A DNA stretch of 64,000 nt from an uncultured Ruminococcus sp. GTDB lineage: Bacteria > Bacillota > Clostridia > Oscillospirales > Acutalibacteraceae. The DNA lies in the NCBI GenBank assembly GCA_964387615.1, contig CAYLXT010000001.1, positions 1,516-65,515 of the forward strand, read 5' to 3'. Made by a program: the position numbers and the translations under genes. Shown one piece after another: positions 49,209 through 58,970 of the stretch; positions within the stretch are counted from its first letter, which is position 1, and the number at the start of each line of letters is the position of its first letter. The notes below the pieces were generated by a model. That model did no database searches and was not told where the DNA came from. It saw only the letters and a program-made list of their open reading frames with translations.

Positions 49209-50138
49209 ATGAAAATAATTTTATCCGATAAAAAATTGGACAAAAGTTTATTTGATGAAACGGTAGAAATCAAATATATTAATATTAAATCACTTTTAGA
49301 TTACGACAATAATCCTGATGTGTTTGCGATTGTTGGCTCTCGCGCAATGGCAAAGACAGCCTCACAAATGAATCTAAAAGGGCTAAAATTTTTTCAACTA
49401 ACAAGCGCGGGTTATGACGGTGTTCCGCTTGATGTTTTTAAAAACAAAGGTATTATCGTTGCCAATGCGGGCGATATCTATAGCGTTCCAATAGCAGAAA
49501 CTGTAGTTTTTGGGATGCTGAGCTTTGCCAAGAGATTGCATAATAATCCTAATAATCGTATTCCTAAAATACAACGTCATTATTCGTTAATTAACGAACT
49601 TTCGGGAAAGAAGGTTATAATTTTAGGCACCGGAAATATAGGAACCGCCATTGCAAAAAGATTATCCGGATTTGATATTACAATTGACGGTTATTCTGTT
49701 GATATAAAAAAACCACCATATTTTGATGAGATGTTTGCGGGAAGAAATACGCTTCTTGATATAATTGATCAGTATGATTATGTAATATCAACATTGCCCG
49801 ACAATGATGAAACACGAGGGTTTTTAAATTTAGAAGTTTTTAATAAAATGAAAAAAGACGTTGTCGTTTTAAATGTCGGCCGAAGGGCTGTATTTAACGA
49901 AAAAGATTTTTATTATGCTTTAAAAACGAAGAAAATAGGCGGAGCGGTTCTTGATGTGTTTGAACTTGTACCTAATCCTATTCAAAATAAATTCAGACGT
50001 CTTCGTAATGTTATTGTTTTGCCCGGAGTAGCTGCAATTTCAAAGGAAGTTAATGCTCGACTTACAATAAAAATTACCAAAAATATAATTTCTTTGATAA
50101 ATGATAATGTTATAGAAAATGTAATTATTGGAGGATAA
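49209..50138 (+). CDS. D-isomer-specific 2-hydroxyacid dehydrogenase family, NAD-binding
   Basis: Rossmann motif ILGTGNIGTAIAKRL. Downstream LNVGRRAV and DVF...P motifs are typical of the family. Confidence 0.8.
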   Translation: MKIILSDKKLDKSLFDETVEIKYINIKSLLDYDNNPDVFAIVGSRAMAKTASQMNLKGLKFFQLTSAGYDGVPLDVFKNKGIIVANAGDIYSVPIAETVVFGMLSFAKRLHNNPNNRIPKIQRHYSLINELSGKKVIILGTGNIGTAIAKRLSGFDITIDGYSVDIKKPPYFDEMFAGRNTLLDIIDQYDYVISTLPDNDETRGFLNLEVFNKMKKDVVVLNVGRRAVFNEKDFYYALKTKKIGGAVLDVFELVPNPIQNKFRRLRNVIVLPGVAAISKEVNARLTIKITKNIISLINDNVIENVIIGG

Positions 50139-50139
50139 A

Positions 50140-51111
50140 ATGTTTTTTAGTGTTATTGTTCCTGTATACAATGTAGAAAAATATCTCCGTGAATGTGTCG
50201 ATAGTATTTTAGCGCAGACATTTAAAGATTTTGAGTTGATTCTCGTTAATGACGGAAGTAAAGACAACAGCGGTATGATATGTGATGAATACGCTGATAA
50301 AGATGAAAGAATAAAAGTTATTCACAAGGAAAATGGCGGAATTTCTGATGCACGTAATGTTGGAACGCTTTCGGCCAAGGGTGAATATGTTGTTTATATT
50401 GATAGCGACGATTATATATCAGATGTTGATTTTCTTCAAAATGTTTTTGCGAAAGCACAAGGCGGTGCTGAAATTATTTGCTATAAATTTAAAAAATATT
50501 TCGAAGAAACACGGACTTTTTCAAAGTGCAATTTCGAATTCCCTGATTTATGCTTGTTTAAAACTTTTTCGGAACGTATAAACTATCTTGTTAAAACGGA
50601 TTCATTTTATTGTTCGGCGTGGTCAAAATCAGTTAAACTAAGCCTTTTGAAAGATAATAATATTGAATTTGAAAGAGGATTACTTGGTGAAGATCAAGAA
50701 TGGTACTACCATGTGCTTTTAAAGGCACATTCTATTGACGGAATTGATAAAGATTATATTGTTTATCGACAAAGAGAAAACTCCATAACATCCTCTTGGA
50801 AAATGAAAAATCTTACAGATTGTATATATATAATCGATAAATGGCAACAACAAATAACTATTGCAGATATTAGCGTTGATTATAAAAATTCACTATTAAA
50901 TTCAATTGCGAAGCTTTATTGTAATTTGTTAATTGGATATGTCAGATTTGGTGACAAAAACAAAAAATCACAATATATTAAGTTAAAAAAACTTTCACAT
51001 TTATTTAATTACGACCTTAATCCAAGAGTTGCAATCATTAGTAAAATTTATAAAATCTTTGGTTTTGATGTAACACTGTTACTATTAAAGATAATTTGTA
51101 AGGTTAGATAA
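50140..51111 (+). CDS. glycosyltransferase family 2
   Basis: FSVIVPVYNVEKYLRECVDSIL...LILVNDGSKDNS...YIDSDD (DxD). Confidence 0.88.
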   Translation: MFFSVIVPVYNVEKYLRECVDSILAQTFKDFELILVNDGSKDNSGMICDEYADKDERIKVIHKENGGISDARNVGTLSAKGEYVVYIDSDDYISDVDFLQNVFAKAQGGAEIICYKFKKYFEETRTFSKCNFEFPDLCLFKTFSERINYLVKTDSFYCSAWSKSVKLSLLKDNNIEFERGLLGEDQEWYYHVLLKAHSIDGIDKDYIVYRQRENSITSSWKMKNLTDCIYIIDKWQQQITIADISVDYKNSLLNSIAKLYCNLLIGYVRFGDKNKKSQYIKLKKLSHLFNYDLNPRVAIISKIYKIFGFDVTLLLLKIICKVR

Positions 51112-51115
51112 GAAT

Positions 51116-52411
51116 ATGAATAAAACTAAATTACCTAAAGTTTTGGTTGTTTCAACAAATGCGTGGCGGGATAATACTGGTATTAACACATTAATAGAGT
51201 TTTTTAAATGTTGGAATCCTGAGAGTATTGCTCAGATATATACTAAATCTGCGCTACCTAATACCAAAATATGCAACAATTTTTTTCGCATCTCCGAAAG
51301 CAAAATGATTAAAAGTGTATTTAACCGAAAGATTAAAACAGGCGATTGGGTTGTTAATACAAAAGATGATACTAACAACTCCGAGTTTATTGATGAAAAA
51401 AGCCGATATAACAATACAAAATCAGGTAGTGCCCGCGCTATTATGCGTTTTTTTCGTGAATTAGTATGGAAATTTGGAAAATGGAAAACGGCAGAGCTTG
51501 ATGCGTTTATCGAAAATTTTGATGCTGATGTGCTTTTCATTCCTGTTTATCCAACGATATATATGGGCAGAATACAAAAATATATCATCAAAAAAACGGG
51601 AAAGCCTGTTGTATCATATTTGGCGGACGATAACTATACATATAAGTCTATCAGTAAAAATCCTTTTTCTGTTATTAAACGCTTTTTTTTACGAAGATAT
51701 GTCAAATTTATTGTCGATAATAGTAACAAGCTGTTAGTTATTGCACCAAAACAAAAGGAAGAATACGACCGCATTTTCAATAAAAATAGCATCGTAATGA
51801 CCAAAGGAATAGATTTTGAAGAATTTGTTCCATACAAGCCGCAAACTCCAATTAAAATGGTGTATACCGGCAAGCTGATAATTGGGCGTTGGAAATCACT
51901 TGCTTCAATTGCAAAAGCACTCGAAAAAATCAATTTCAATGGTGTAAAGGCCGAGCTTGATATCTATACAACCGATCTACTCACTCCTGAACAAAGCAAA
52001 GCTTTAAATACCGGTAGTAGTAGTGTAAAAGGCGCGTTAACTTTAGACGAGGTTAAAGAAGTTCAAAGCAAAGCCGATATTCTCGTTTTTGTAGAAAGTC
52101 TTGAAAAAAAATATAAAAACGCGGCACGGCTATCTTTTTCCACAAAGATTACCGATTATTTAAAAAGTGGAAAGTGTATTTTTGCTATTGGGGACAAGGA
52201 TATTGCGCCAATTGATTATTTTAATAAACACGATTCAGCAATTACAGCCTCTTCTTATGATGAGATTGAAGAAAAAATTAAATTGCTTATTGATAATTCT
52301 AATCTTATTATAAAATATAGCCGAAGAGCTCATGAATGTGGTATTAAATTTCATAATAGAAGTGTGACAAATAATTTATTAATTAAAGTTATTAATGACG
52401 CAATTATATGA
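51116..52411 (+). CDS. hypothetical protein, possibly a divergent GT-B-fold transferase
   Basis: There is no clear catalytic motif. The C-terminal half (KMVYTGKL...ADILVFVESL...STKITDYL) has a Rossmann-like GT-B flavour only. Confidence 0.35.
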   Translation: MNKTKLPKVLVVSTNAWRDNTGINTLIEFFKCWNPESIAQIYTKSALPNTKICNNFFRISESKMIKSVFNRKIKTGDWVVNTKDDTNNSEFIDEKSRYNNTKSGSARAIMRFFRELVWKFGKWKTAELDAFIENFDADVLFIPVYPTIYMGRIQKYIIKKTGKPVVSYLADDNYTYKSISKNPFSVIKRFFLRRYVKFIVDNSNKLLVIAPKQKEEYDRIFNKNSIVMTKGIDFEEFVPYKPQTPIKMVYTGKLIIGRWKSLASIAKALEKINFNGVKAELDIYTTDLLTPEQSKALNTGSSSVKGALTLDEVKEVQSKADILVFVESLEKKYKNAARLSFSTKITDYLKSGKCIFAIGDKDIAPIDYFNKHDSAITASSYDEIEEKIKLLIDNSNLIIKYSRRAHECGIKFHNRSVTNNLLIKVINDAII

Positions 52412-52470
52412 TTTGATATAAGTTTTGGTTAAACTTGAATTTTTAAGTATATTTTTATAACGGGAGTGTT

Positions 52471-53673
52471 TTGGTGAAAGTAGTGCAAATAAATTCAACA
52501 TATTCCGGCAGCACGGGTTCAATAATGCTTTCTTTGGCAGAGGTTTTTGATCTTGAAGGATATGAAAATTATTTTGCTGTTCCAGAGGTATATTTAAAAA
52601 AAGATTTATCGTATAATCATTTTAAAATTGGTAATTCGTTTGATAGGAAATACCATGCTTTATATGCGAGAATAATCGGTAAGCAAGGTTATTGTTCAAA
52701 AACAGCAACAAAAAAACTTATAAATTGGATCGACTGCATTTCTCCCGATGTAATTATGTTACATAACATACACAGCAATTTTATAAATTTAAACATTCTT
52801 TTTAAATATATTAAGAAAAAACAGGTAAAGACTGTTTTGGTGATGCATGACTGTTGGCTTTTTACCGGAAAATGTTATCATTATTTATACAGTGGTTGCC
52901 AAAAGTGGAAAAATGGTTGTGAAAATTGTCCGCAATTAGATATTGAACAAAAATCTTTCTTTTTTGACAAAACTTGCAGTGTATTACGAGATAAAAAAGA
53001 ACTTATTGGCGAAAATTTGAATATCTATATTGTTGCTGTTTCAGAGTGGTTGGCCAGTCAAGTTGAAAATTCAATTTTATCGGCAAGACCTATGAAGGTT
53101 ATAAAAAACGGTATTGATTTGACTGTGTTTTACCCACGAGATACTGCAAGACAGCGTCTAGGTATTGATACGAATAAGTTTATAATTCTTGGAATGGCAA
53201 ACAAGTGGCTTTCGTCAGAGAATAAGGAAACATTTGATGCGGTTGTTCAGTCGCTGTCTAAAGATGATTTGTTAATTATTGTTGGTTGCGATAAATCAAA
53301 ACTATCCTCTTCAACTGACAAAATTAAATATATGGAAAAAATTAGCGCTGAAAAATTAGCTGAGTATTATTCTGCAGTTGATGTTTTTGTAAATATTACA
53401 AAAGCGGATACTTTGCCGACGGTTAATATGGAATCGATTGCGTGTGGAACACCGGTAATTACATATAATTCAGGCGGGAGCGGGGAGCTTATAAAGCATA
53501 ACATGACCGGATATATTGTGAATTATGGCGATGCGTCAGAATTGATAAAAGCAATAAAATGTGTTAAAACAAACGGAAAATCTTTTTATTCAAAAAACTG
53601 CATCGAATACGCAGCAGAATATTTTGACAAAAATAAGAATTTTAAAGAGTATATCAACTTTATTATTCAATAA
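52471..53673 (+). CDS. glycosyltransferase family 4 (GT-B)
   Basis: Start is TTG 52471 or GTG 52474, after GGGAG. The product contains TLPTVNMESIACGTPVITYNSGGSGELI. Confidence 0.8.
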   Translation: MVKVVQINSTYSGSTGSIMLSLAEVFDLEGYENYFAVPEVYLKKDLSYNHFKIGNSFDRKYHALYARIIGKQGYCSKTATKKLINWIDCISPDVIMLHNIHSNFINLNILFKYIKKKQVKTVLVMHDCWLFTGKCYHYLYSGCQKWKNGCENCPQLDIEQKSFFFDKTCSVLRDKKELIGENLNIYIVAVSEWLASQVENSILSARPMKVIKNGIDLTVFYPRDTARQRLGIDTNKFIILGMANKWLSSENKETFDAVVQSLSKDDLLIIVGCDKSKLSSSTDKIKYMEKISAEKLAEYYSAVDVFVNITKADTLPTVNMESIACGTPVITYNSGGSGELIKHNMTGYIVNYGDASELIKAIKCVKTNGKSFYSKNCIEYAAEYFDKNKNFKEYINFIIQ

Positions 53674-53701
53674 AATATTATGTTTTTCTTTAGGAGTAAA
53701 A

Positions 53702-54760
53702 ATGGGAATTTATTTATGCGCTTTTTTCACATTGGTAGTCGCAAAGATTTCTAATGTTGTTAATAATGCAAAAAACAACAAAAAATTCATTTGCATTTTT
53801 TGGGGTTTAATTTATTTTTTAATTGCCGCTTTGCGTGGACGAAATATTGGTGGAGATACAGATATTTATGTTAATTCTTTTTATATTGTTTCAAGTCTTC
53901 CATATAAAGAAGCGGCTCAATATATAGGCAGAGATCCATTTTTTTATGTGTTTATATCTTTCGTAGGGAAAATATGGTGTAATTATACTTTTTTATTTTC
54001 TATTGTTGCCTTTTTGTTTACATCAGCTATTACTTATTTTATATATAAATATTCGGATGATCCTTTTTTAAGTTGGATTATTATGCTGGCTTTTAATCTG
54101 TACCAGTTTTCGCTTACTGCTATGAGGCAGACTATTGCTATCTCGTTTATAATATTCGCTAGCAGTTTTTTGATTGAAAAAAAATTTTTCAGAGGTTTGA
54201 TTTTTGTATTTATTGCTTCGCTATTTCATAAAACTGCGTTATGTTTTTTGCTCGTGTTTATTTTTTATAAAGTCAAAATAAGCAAGACGTTTCTTTACTT
54301 TTCGTTTGTATTATTGGGAATTACTTATTCTTTTAGGTCTCAGATTGCTGAAATATTTTTTCAATTTTTTAATGAAGACGGTAGAGAATTTTTTGTTGAA
54401 AACAGAAACGCAGGTTTTACAATGCTTTTAGTAATTGCTGCAATTTACGTTTTTTGTGTAATATTTGTAAAAAAAGAGTGGTTGAAAGAATCAGAAATAG
54501 CGCAAAAAATGTTTGTTCTGTCTTTTTTTGCTTTAATTTTTGAAACGTTAGTTCCTTCACAATCTATATTTTTTAGATTTGCGTTCTATTTCTTATTTGG
54601 TTTTACTGCTTTATTGCCAAATATGATAAATAATTGTATTATTGATTCTAAGAAAACAGTATACGCCATATTTTTTGTTGTATTATCTATTCAATATCTT
54701 TTTTTCACGATTGGTTCTTGTCATATTACACCATATTGTACATTTTGGCAAGCATCATAA
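53702..54760 (+). CDS. EpsG-family membrane protein (Wzy-type repeat-unit polymerase candidate)
   Basis: The ATG at 53702 follows TAGGAG. It is a protein of about 10 TM segments with LTAMRQTIAISFIIFA, the EpsG RQ motif. Confidence 0.8.
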   Translation: MGIYLCAFFTLVVAKISNVVNNAKNNKKFICIFWGLIYFLIAALRGRNIGGDTDIYVNSFYIVSSLPYKEAAQYIGRDPFFYVFISFVGKIWCNYTFLFSIVAFLFTSAITYFIYKYSDDPFLSWIIMLAFNLYQFSLTAMRQTIAISFIIFASSFLIEKKFFRGLIFVFIASLFHKTALCFLLVFIFYKVKISKTFLYFSFVLLGITYSFRSQIAEIFFQFFNEDGREFFVENRNAGFTMLLVIAAIYVFCVIFVKKEWLKESEIAQKMFVLSFFALIFETLVPSQSIFFRFAFYFLFGFTALLPNMINNCIIDSKKTVYAIFFVVLSIQYLFFTIGSCHITPYCTFWQAS

Positions 54761-54793
54761 TGATTTATATTTGAAAGGTCAGGTAGCTTTTTA

Positions 54794-55801
54794 ATGAAAC
54801 CATTAGTTAGTATGATCGTACCGGTATATAATTGCGAAAAATATATCAAGGAATGCATTGAGAGTTTACGTCGTCAGAGTTATAATAATATAGAAATTAT
54901 CATTGTTAATGACGGCTCGAAAGATAATTCAGGTTTAATATGTGACGAAATTGCTGAAAGTGATAGTCGGATATTGGTTTTACATATCGAAAATAATGGA
55001 GTTGCAAATGCAAGAAATCTTGGCATTTCTATAGCAAAAGGAGAATATATTGCCTTTTGTGACAGTGATGACATTATGGCGCCTGACTTTATCGAGGAAG
55101 CCGTAAGTGTTATTGAAAATGCTGATTATGTATCTGGCGCATTTAAAACATTAAAAAAAAATAATGAAAATGATTTAATCGATTATATGTATGAATACGA
55201 TAAATTCGTAGATCATAACGATTATTTTAAAAGAATGTCCAAATATCAGGCTGGTGCTTATTGGGGTGCAAATTGGGGTAAGCTTTTCAAATCTAGTATT
55301 ATAAAAGAAAAAGGTATTTTATTTGAATCAAATGTTGATTTTGCAGAGGATTTTCGTTTTAATCTAGAATATTTAAAATATGTAGATAAAATTGCTATTA
55401 TTCATAAACCGGTATATTACTACAGAATTGACACAAGTGGTTCACTTTCAAAGAAATGTGGAAATGCAGAAAAATTTTGGCAAGAATACTTGGAATTGTA
55501 TTATCGCTGTAAGGAACTTTATTGTATGAGTGGTATTTTTGATGAGGTTCAAGTCGAACTTGCTTCATTTATTATTGTTGCATATATTACTGCTATGCGG
55601 CGAGCAATTTATTCAATTACAAGTCTGACTGAAATTTTTGAATTCTCTCGAAGAATTGAACTCTGCTCTGAAGTGGTGGATGCTGCAAAATTTTATAAGC
55701 AAATGTCCGGAAGCACACGAATATATGGAAAGTTAATTTATTTTAAAAAATTGAACATTGTTGCCATTATATTGTTGCTAAGAAAATTTTTCAAATTTTA
55801 A
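54794..55801 (+). CDS. glycosyltransferase family 2
   Basis: VSMIVPVYNCEKYIKECIESL...IIIVNDGSKDNS...FCDSDD. Confidence 0.88.
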   Translation: MKPLVSMIVPVYNCEKYIKECIESLRRQSYNNIEIIIVNDGSKDNSGLICDEIAESDSRILVLHIENNGVANARNLGISIAKGEYIAFCDSDDIMAPDFIEEAVSVIENADYVSGAFKTLKKNNENDLIDYMYEYDKFVDHNDYFKRMSKYQAGAYWGANWGKLFKSSIIKEKGILFESNVDFAEDFRFNLEYLKYVDKIAIIHKPVYYYRIDTSGSLSKKCGNAEKFWQEYLELYYRCKELYCMSGIFDEVQVELASFIIVAYITAMRRAIYSITSLTEIFEFSRRIELCSEVVDAAKFYKQMSGSTRIYGKLIYFKKLNIVAIILLLRKFFKF

Positions 55802-55826
55802 AATCGTTTTTTAAAGGAGTCTATAT

Positions 55827-57776
55827 ATGTTAAACGAAGTTTTGCAATATAGTAGCGAAAAAACAATTAAATGTCTTTTTTTGGACTTTTTCGGAACGGT
55901 TGTGCAGAGAAATTGTGATCCTGAAGAGATTAAGTATTTATGGGCAAAGAGATTGGCTTTTAATCTTAATTTTTTGATTGATGAAAATAGATTATTAATT
56001 CTCAGAAAAAAATCAGAGCAAGCTGTAATTAAAAGATCAGAAAATGGTGAGTTTAATTTTTTAGAACTTTCCACCGAAATATATAGTAGACTAATATCTT
56101 TAATCCCAGAGTTTAAAAACAAATATAATGTTGAGGAATTTTATTCACTTTCACATAAAATTGAAATTGGATCTGAATATGATAGTCAAAATTATATAGG
56201 TGAAACTATAGAATTGATTAATATATGTCATTCGAACGGAATTCGTATAAATATTATTTCCGATTTTTATTTAAGCAAAGATGATATCGAAATTTTTTTA
56301 AAAAAAGATGATATTTACAAAAAAATAGATAATATTTTTGTTTCCTGTGACCATAGAATATCCAAGCGAAATGGTGAATTGTATAATTATGCTTGCAAAC
56401 AATTAGGTTTTAGCGCATCACAATGCATAATGGTTGGTGATAATCCAATATCTGATATTAAAAATGCAGAAAGTTTTGGCATAAAAGGCTTTTTGATGAA
56501 CACTTGTGATGGGATAAACCAACGAAAAAATATAAAAAACAAAATTGTAAGTATATCAAAAAAAAATTTAAAAGGCGAGGGACGATATACCAACTATTGC
56601 TTTTTACTTTATTTGTATATAGAGCGACTATATAAGATTTTGATTTTTGAAGGCATAACTGACATATTTTTTTTATCACGCGAGGGCGAGTTCTTAAAAA
56701 AATTATTTGATTTATATCTTAAAAACAGAAATGATAAAAATATTCGTACGCATTATTTGTATGTTTCGAGAAAATCAACATATCCTGCAACGTTAAAAAA
56801 TCTTGATGAAGAGAAATTTGATTTATTAAGAAAATTCAAAGCAATTTCTGTAGAAGATTTTTTAGACAATATAGGTATGTCTAGCGCTTTAAACGAATTG
56901 AATTTAAACAAGTATGATACAACAAGTCCAATAATTGATTTTTTTAACTCAAAAGAGTTTTTGGAACTTATTGCAAGAGAAGATTTTCAAAAACTATATG
57001 AGTCTTCAAGAATAAAATACAATACCTTGTTTAAAAAATATTGTTTACAAACAGGATTCGTGTCAAATAATATCATAGCAATTGCCGATGTTGGCTGGGC
57101 GGGGACGATGCAAGATAATATTTGTAAGGCTCTTAACGGTATTGATTGTGTTGGTTTATATGTCGGTTTGGTCAATGGTGCTGTTCAAAATTCCAACAGC
57201 AGAAAAAAAGGCTTGGTTTTTTCAGAAACACCATTAGATTCTAAAGATTTAAAAATTTGGAAATACGATAGTGCTTTTTTAGAACGTGTGCTCTGGGCAA
57301 GTCATGATGCTACCGATCATTATGAAGTATTGGACGATAACACGGTTGTGCCTGTTTTTAAAAATTATTCAAGCGAAACAAATAATTATAAATTAATTAG
57401 TCCCTTACAAAATGAAATTTTTAAAAAATTTGATGAGTTGGATAATGTATTGATAAAATCTTGTTTTACTTGCGAAAATTTTTATGACGATTTTTTAAAA
57501 ATACATATACGCATGCTATTTTTACTTAATAATAAACAGTTGGAATTTCAAAGAAAAATGATTGATGGGCAAATGCAAAATTTTGGGCATATTGATTCAG
57601 CTGGAAAAACCATTGGTACAACTTTTTCTATAAAAAGAATCTTTAAAAAAATATGGAATAATCTTTGCGTTTTGAAAAATTGTGAGATTATTTTCAGAAT
57701 TTTACTTAACTACAATCAAAAATTTTTAATTAGATTGATGTACTTTTTCTATTATCAAAAAATTAAAAAATTATAA
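55827..57776 (+). CDS. HAD-like N-terminal domain fused to a roughly 400-aa domain of unknown function
   Basis: The RBS is AAGGAG. Motif I is degenerate (FLDFFGTV), motif II is IISDF, and motif IV is VGDNPISD. The rest of the protein has no recognisable motif. Confidence 0.6.
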   Translation: MLNEVLQYSSEKTIKCLFLDFFGTVVQRNCDPEEIKYLWAKRLAFNLNFLIDENRLLILRKKSEQAVIKRSENGEFNFLELSTEIYSRLISLIPEFKNKYNVEEFYSLSHKIEIGSEYDSQNYIGETIELINICHSNGIRINIISDFYLSKDDIEIFLKKDDIYKKIDNIFVSCDHRISKRNGELYNYACKQLGFSASQCIMVGDNPISDIKNAESFGIKGFLMNTCDGINQRKNIKNKIVSISKKNLKGEGRYTNYCFLLYLYIERLYKILIFEGITDIFFLSREGEFLKKLFDLYLKNRNDKNIRTHYLYVSRKSTYPATLKNLDEEKFDLLRKFKAISVEDFLDNIGMSSALNELNLNKYDTTSPIIDFFNSKEFLELIAREDFQKLYESSRIKYNTLFKKYCLQTGFVSNNIIAIADVGWAGTMQDNICKALNGIDCVGLYVGLVNGAVQNSNSRKKGLVFSETPLDSKDLKIWKYDSAFLERVLWASHDATDHYEVLDDNTVVPVFKNYSSETNNYKLISPLQNEIFKKFDELDNVLIKSCFTCENFYDDFLKIHIRMLFLLNNKQLEFQRKMIDGQMQNFGHIDSAGKTIGTTFSIKRIFKKIWNNLCVLKNCEIIFRILLNYNQKFLIRLMYFFYYQKIKKL

Positions 57777-57803
57777 TTAAATAGATTGGGATTGAATTTA
57801 AAT

Positions 57804-58970
57804 ATGAAAATCGCCATTGTAACTTTTTCAAATCTTCCTGTTCCTCCGGTAGAGGGTGGCGCTGTTGAAACACTACTTGACTATATATGTACCGAAAATG
57901 AAAAATTTTTAAGACTTGAAATTGATGTTTTTGGTATATATTCCGAAGAAGCAGAAACGGCAATTAAAGAACGTAGCACGCAATATACATTTTTGCGGCA
58001 TAAAAAAATTAGAAAGTATTCATTTGCTAATATTTTTAACAGATTGTTTAATACTCGTAAATTCTTAAATTCAAACATAAAAAAATATATTTGTGAAATA
58101 AATAAAAAAAATTATGATTTTGTAATTGTTACAAGTATTTTTAAAGAATTAGAGTATGTTATTGACAAACTTAATTCGCCGGTTATTTGGTATTTGCATG
58201 CCGATGCTTTATCGGTTCTTGATAAAAATGATATTAAGAAAATTTTATTAAACTGTTGTGGAGTTATTACAGTATCAGATTTTGTTTCTAATAGAATAAA
58301 AAGTCTTTCACCTAAGTGTAAAGTATTAACCGTAAAAAATTGTTCTGGTATTACTCCTATAGATGATAATATTGAAAAAGATGTATCTTTGCAAGTGCGA
58401 AAAAATTACAAAATATTACCAAATGACATTTTGTTTACTTATGTAGGAAGAATAACGCGCATAAAAGGAATTAAAGAATTGGTTACTGCTTTTAATGGCT
58501 TAAATGTTAAAAACAAGAAGTTACTAATTGTTGGCGCGCCTATGGTACAAGCGGATTTTGAATATCTTGCAGAAATTAAATCTATTTGTGACGATAATGT
58601 TATTTTTGCAGGATATATAGATAATCAAAAATTGAATTCGATTTTTTGCGCAACTAACGCGGCGGTTGTACCGTCAATATGCCTTGAAGCCGCGCCACTG
58701 TCAGTAATTGAACCACAGATTTGTGGAAGATATGTTATTTGCTCAAACGTTGGTGGTGTTTCCGAATATTGTGAAAACGGGAGCTTAGTTGAATTTAACG
58801 ATAAATTTTCAGATAATTTAAGAGACGCTATGAACGATTTTTGTAATAATATGATTCTTTACAATTCAAAGTGCAAAAAAATTACTAAATATAATAAAGA
58901 AACTTATTATAACGATTTTTGCAATGCATTAAAAATAATTTATGAAGAAAGAAAATTATGTCAAGATTAA
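57804..58970 (+). CDS. glycosyltransferase family 4 (GT-B)
   Basis: MKIAIVTFSNLPVPPVEGGAVE...GRITRIKG...VPSICLEAAPLSVIEPQICG. Confidence 0.8.
   Translation: MKIAIVTFSNLPVPPVEGGAVETLLDYICTENEKFLRLEIDVFGIYSEEAETAIKERSTQYTFLRHKKIRKYSFANIFNRLFNTRKFLNSNIKKYICEINKKNYDFVIVTSIFKELEYVIDKLNSPVIWYLHADALSVLDKNDIKKILLNCCGVITVSDFVSNRIKSLSPKCKVLTVKNCSGITPIDDNIEKDVSLQVRKNYKILPNDILFTYVGRITRIKGIKELVTAFNGLNVKNKKLLIVGAPMVQADFEYLAEIKSICDDNVIFAGYIDNQKLNSIFCATNAAVVPSICLEAAPLSVIEPQICGRYVICSNVGGVSEYCENGSLVEFNDKFSDNLRDAMNDFCNNMILYNSKCKKITKYNKETYYNDFCNALKIIYEERKLCQD

Noticed and set aside
53561-53701. Upstream extension of the EpsG ORF overlapping the preceding glycosyltransferase
   Set aside because: The extension is just the alternative frame of the glycosyltransferase 3' end. 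A TAGGAG RBS and the first TM segment support the ATG at 53702.
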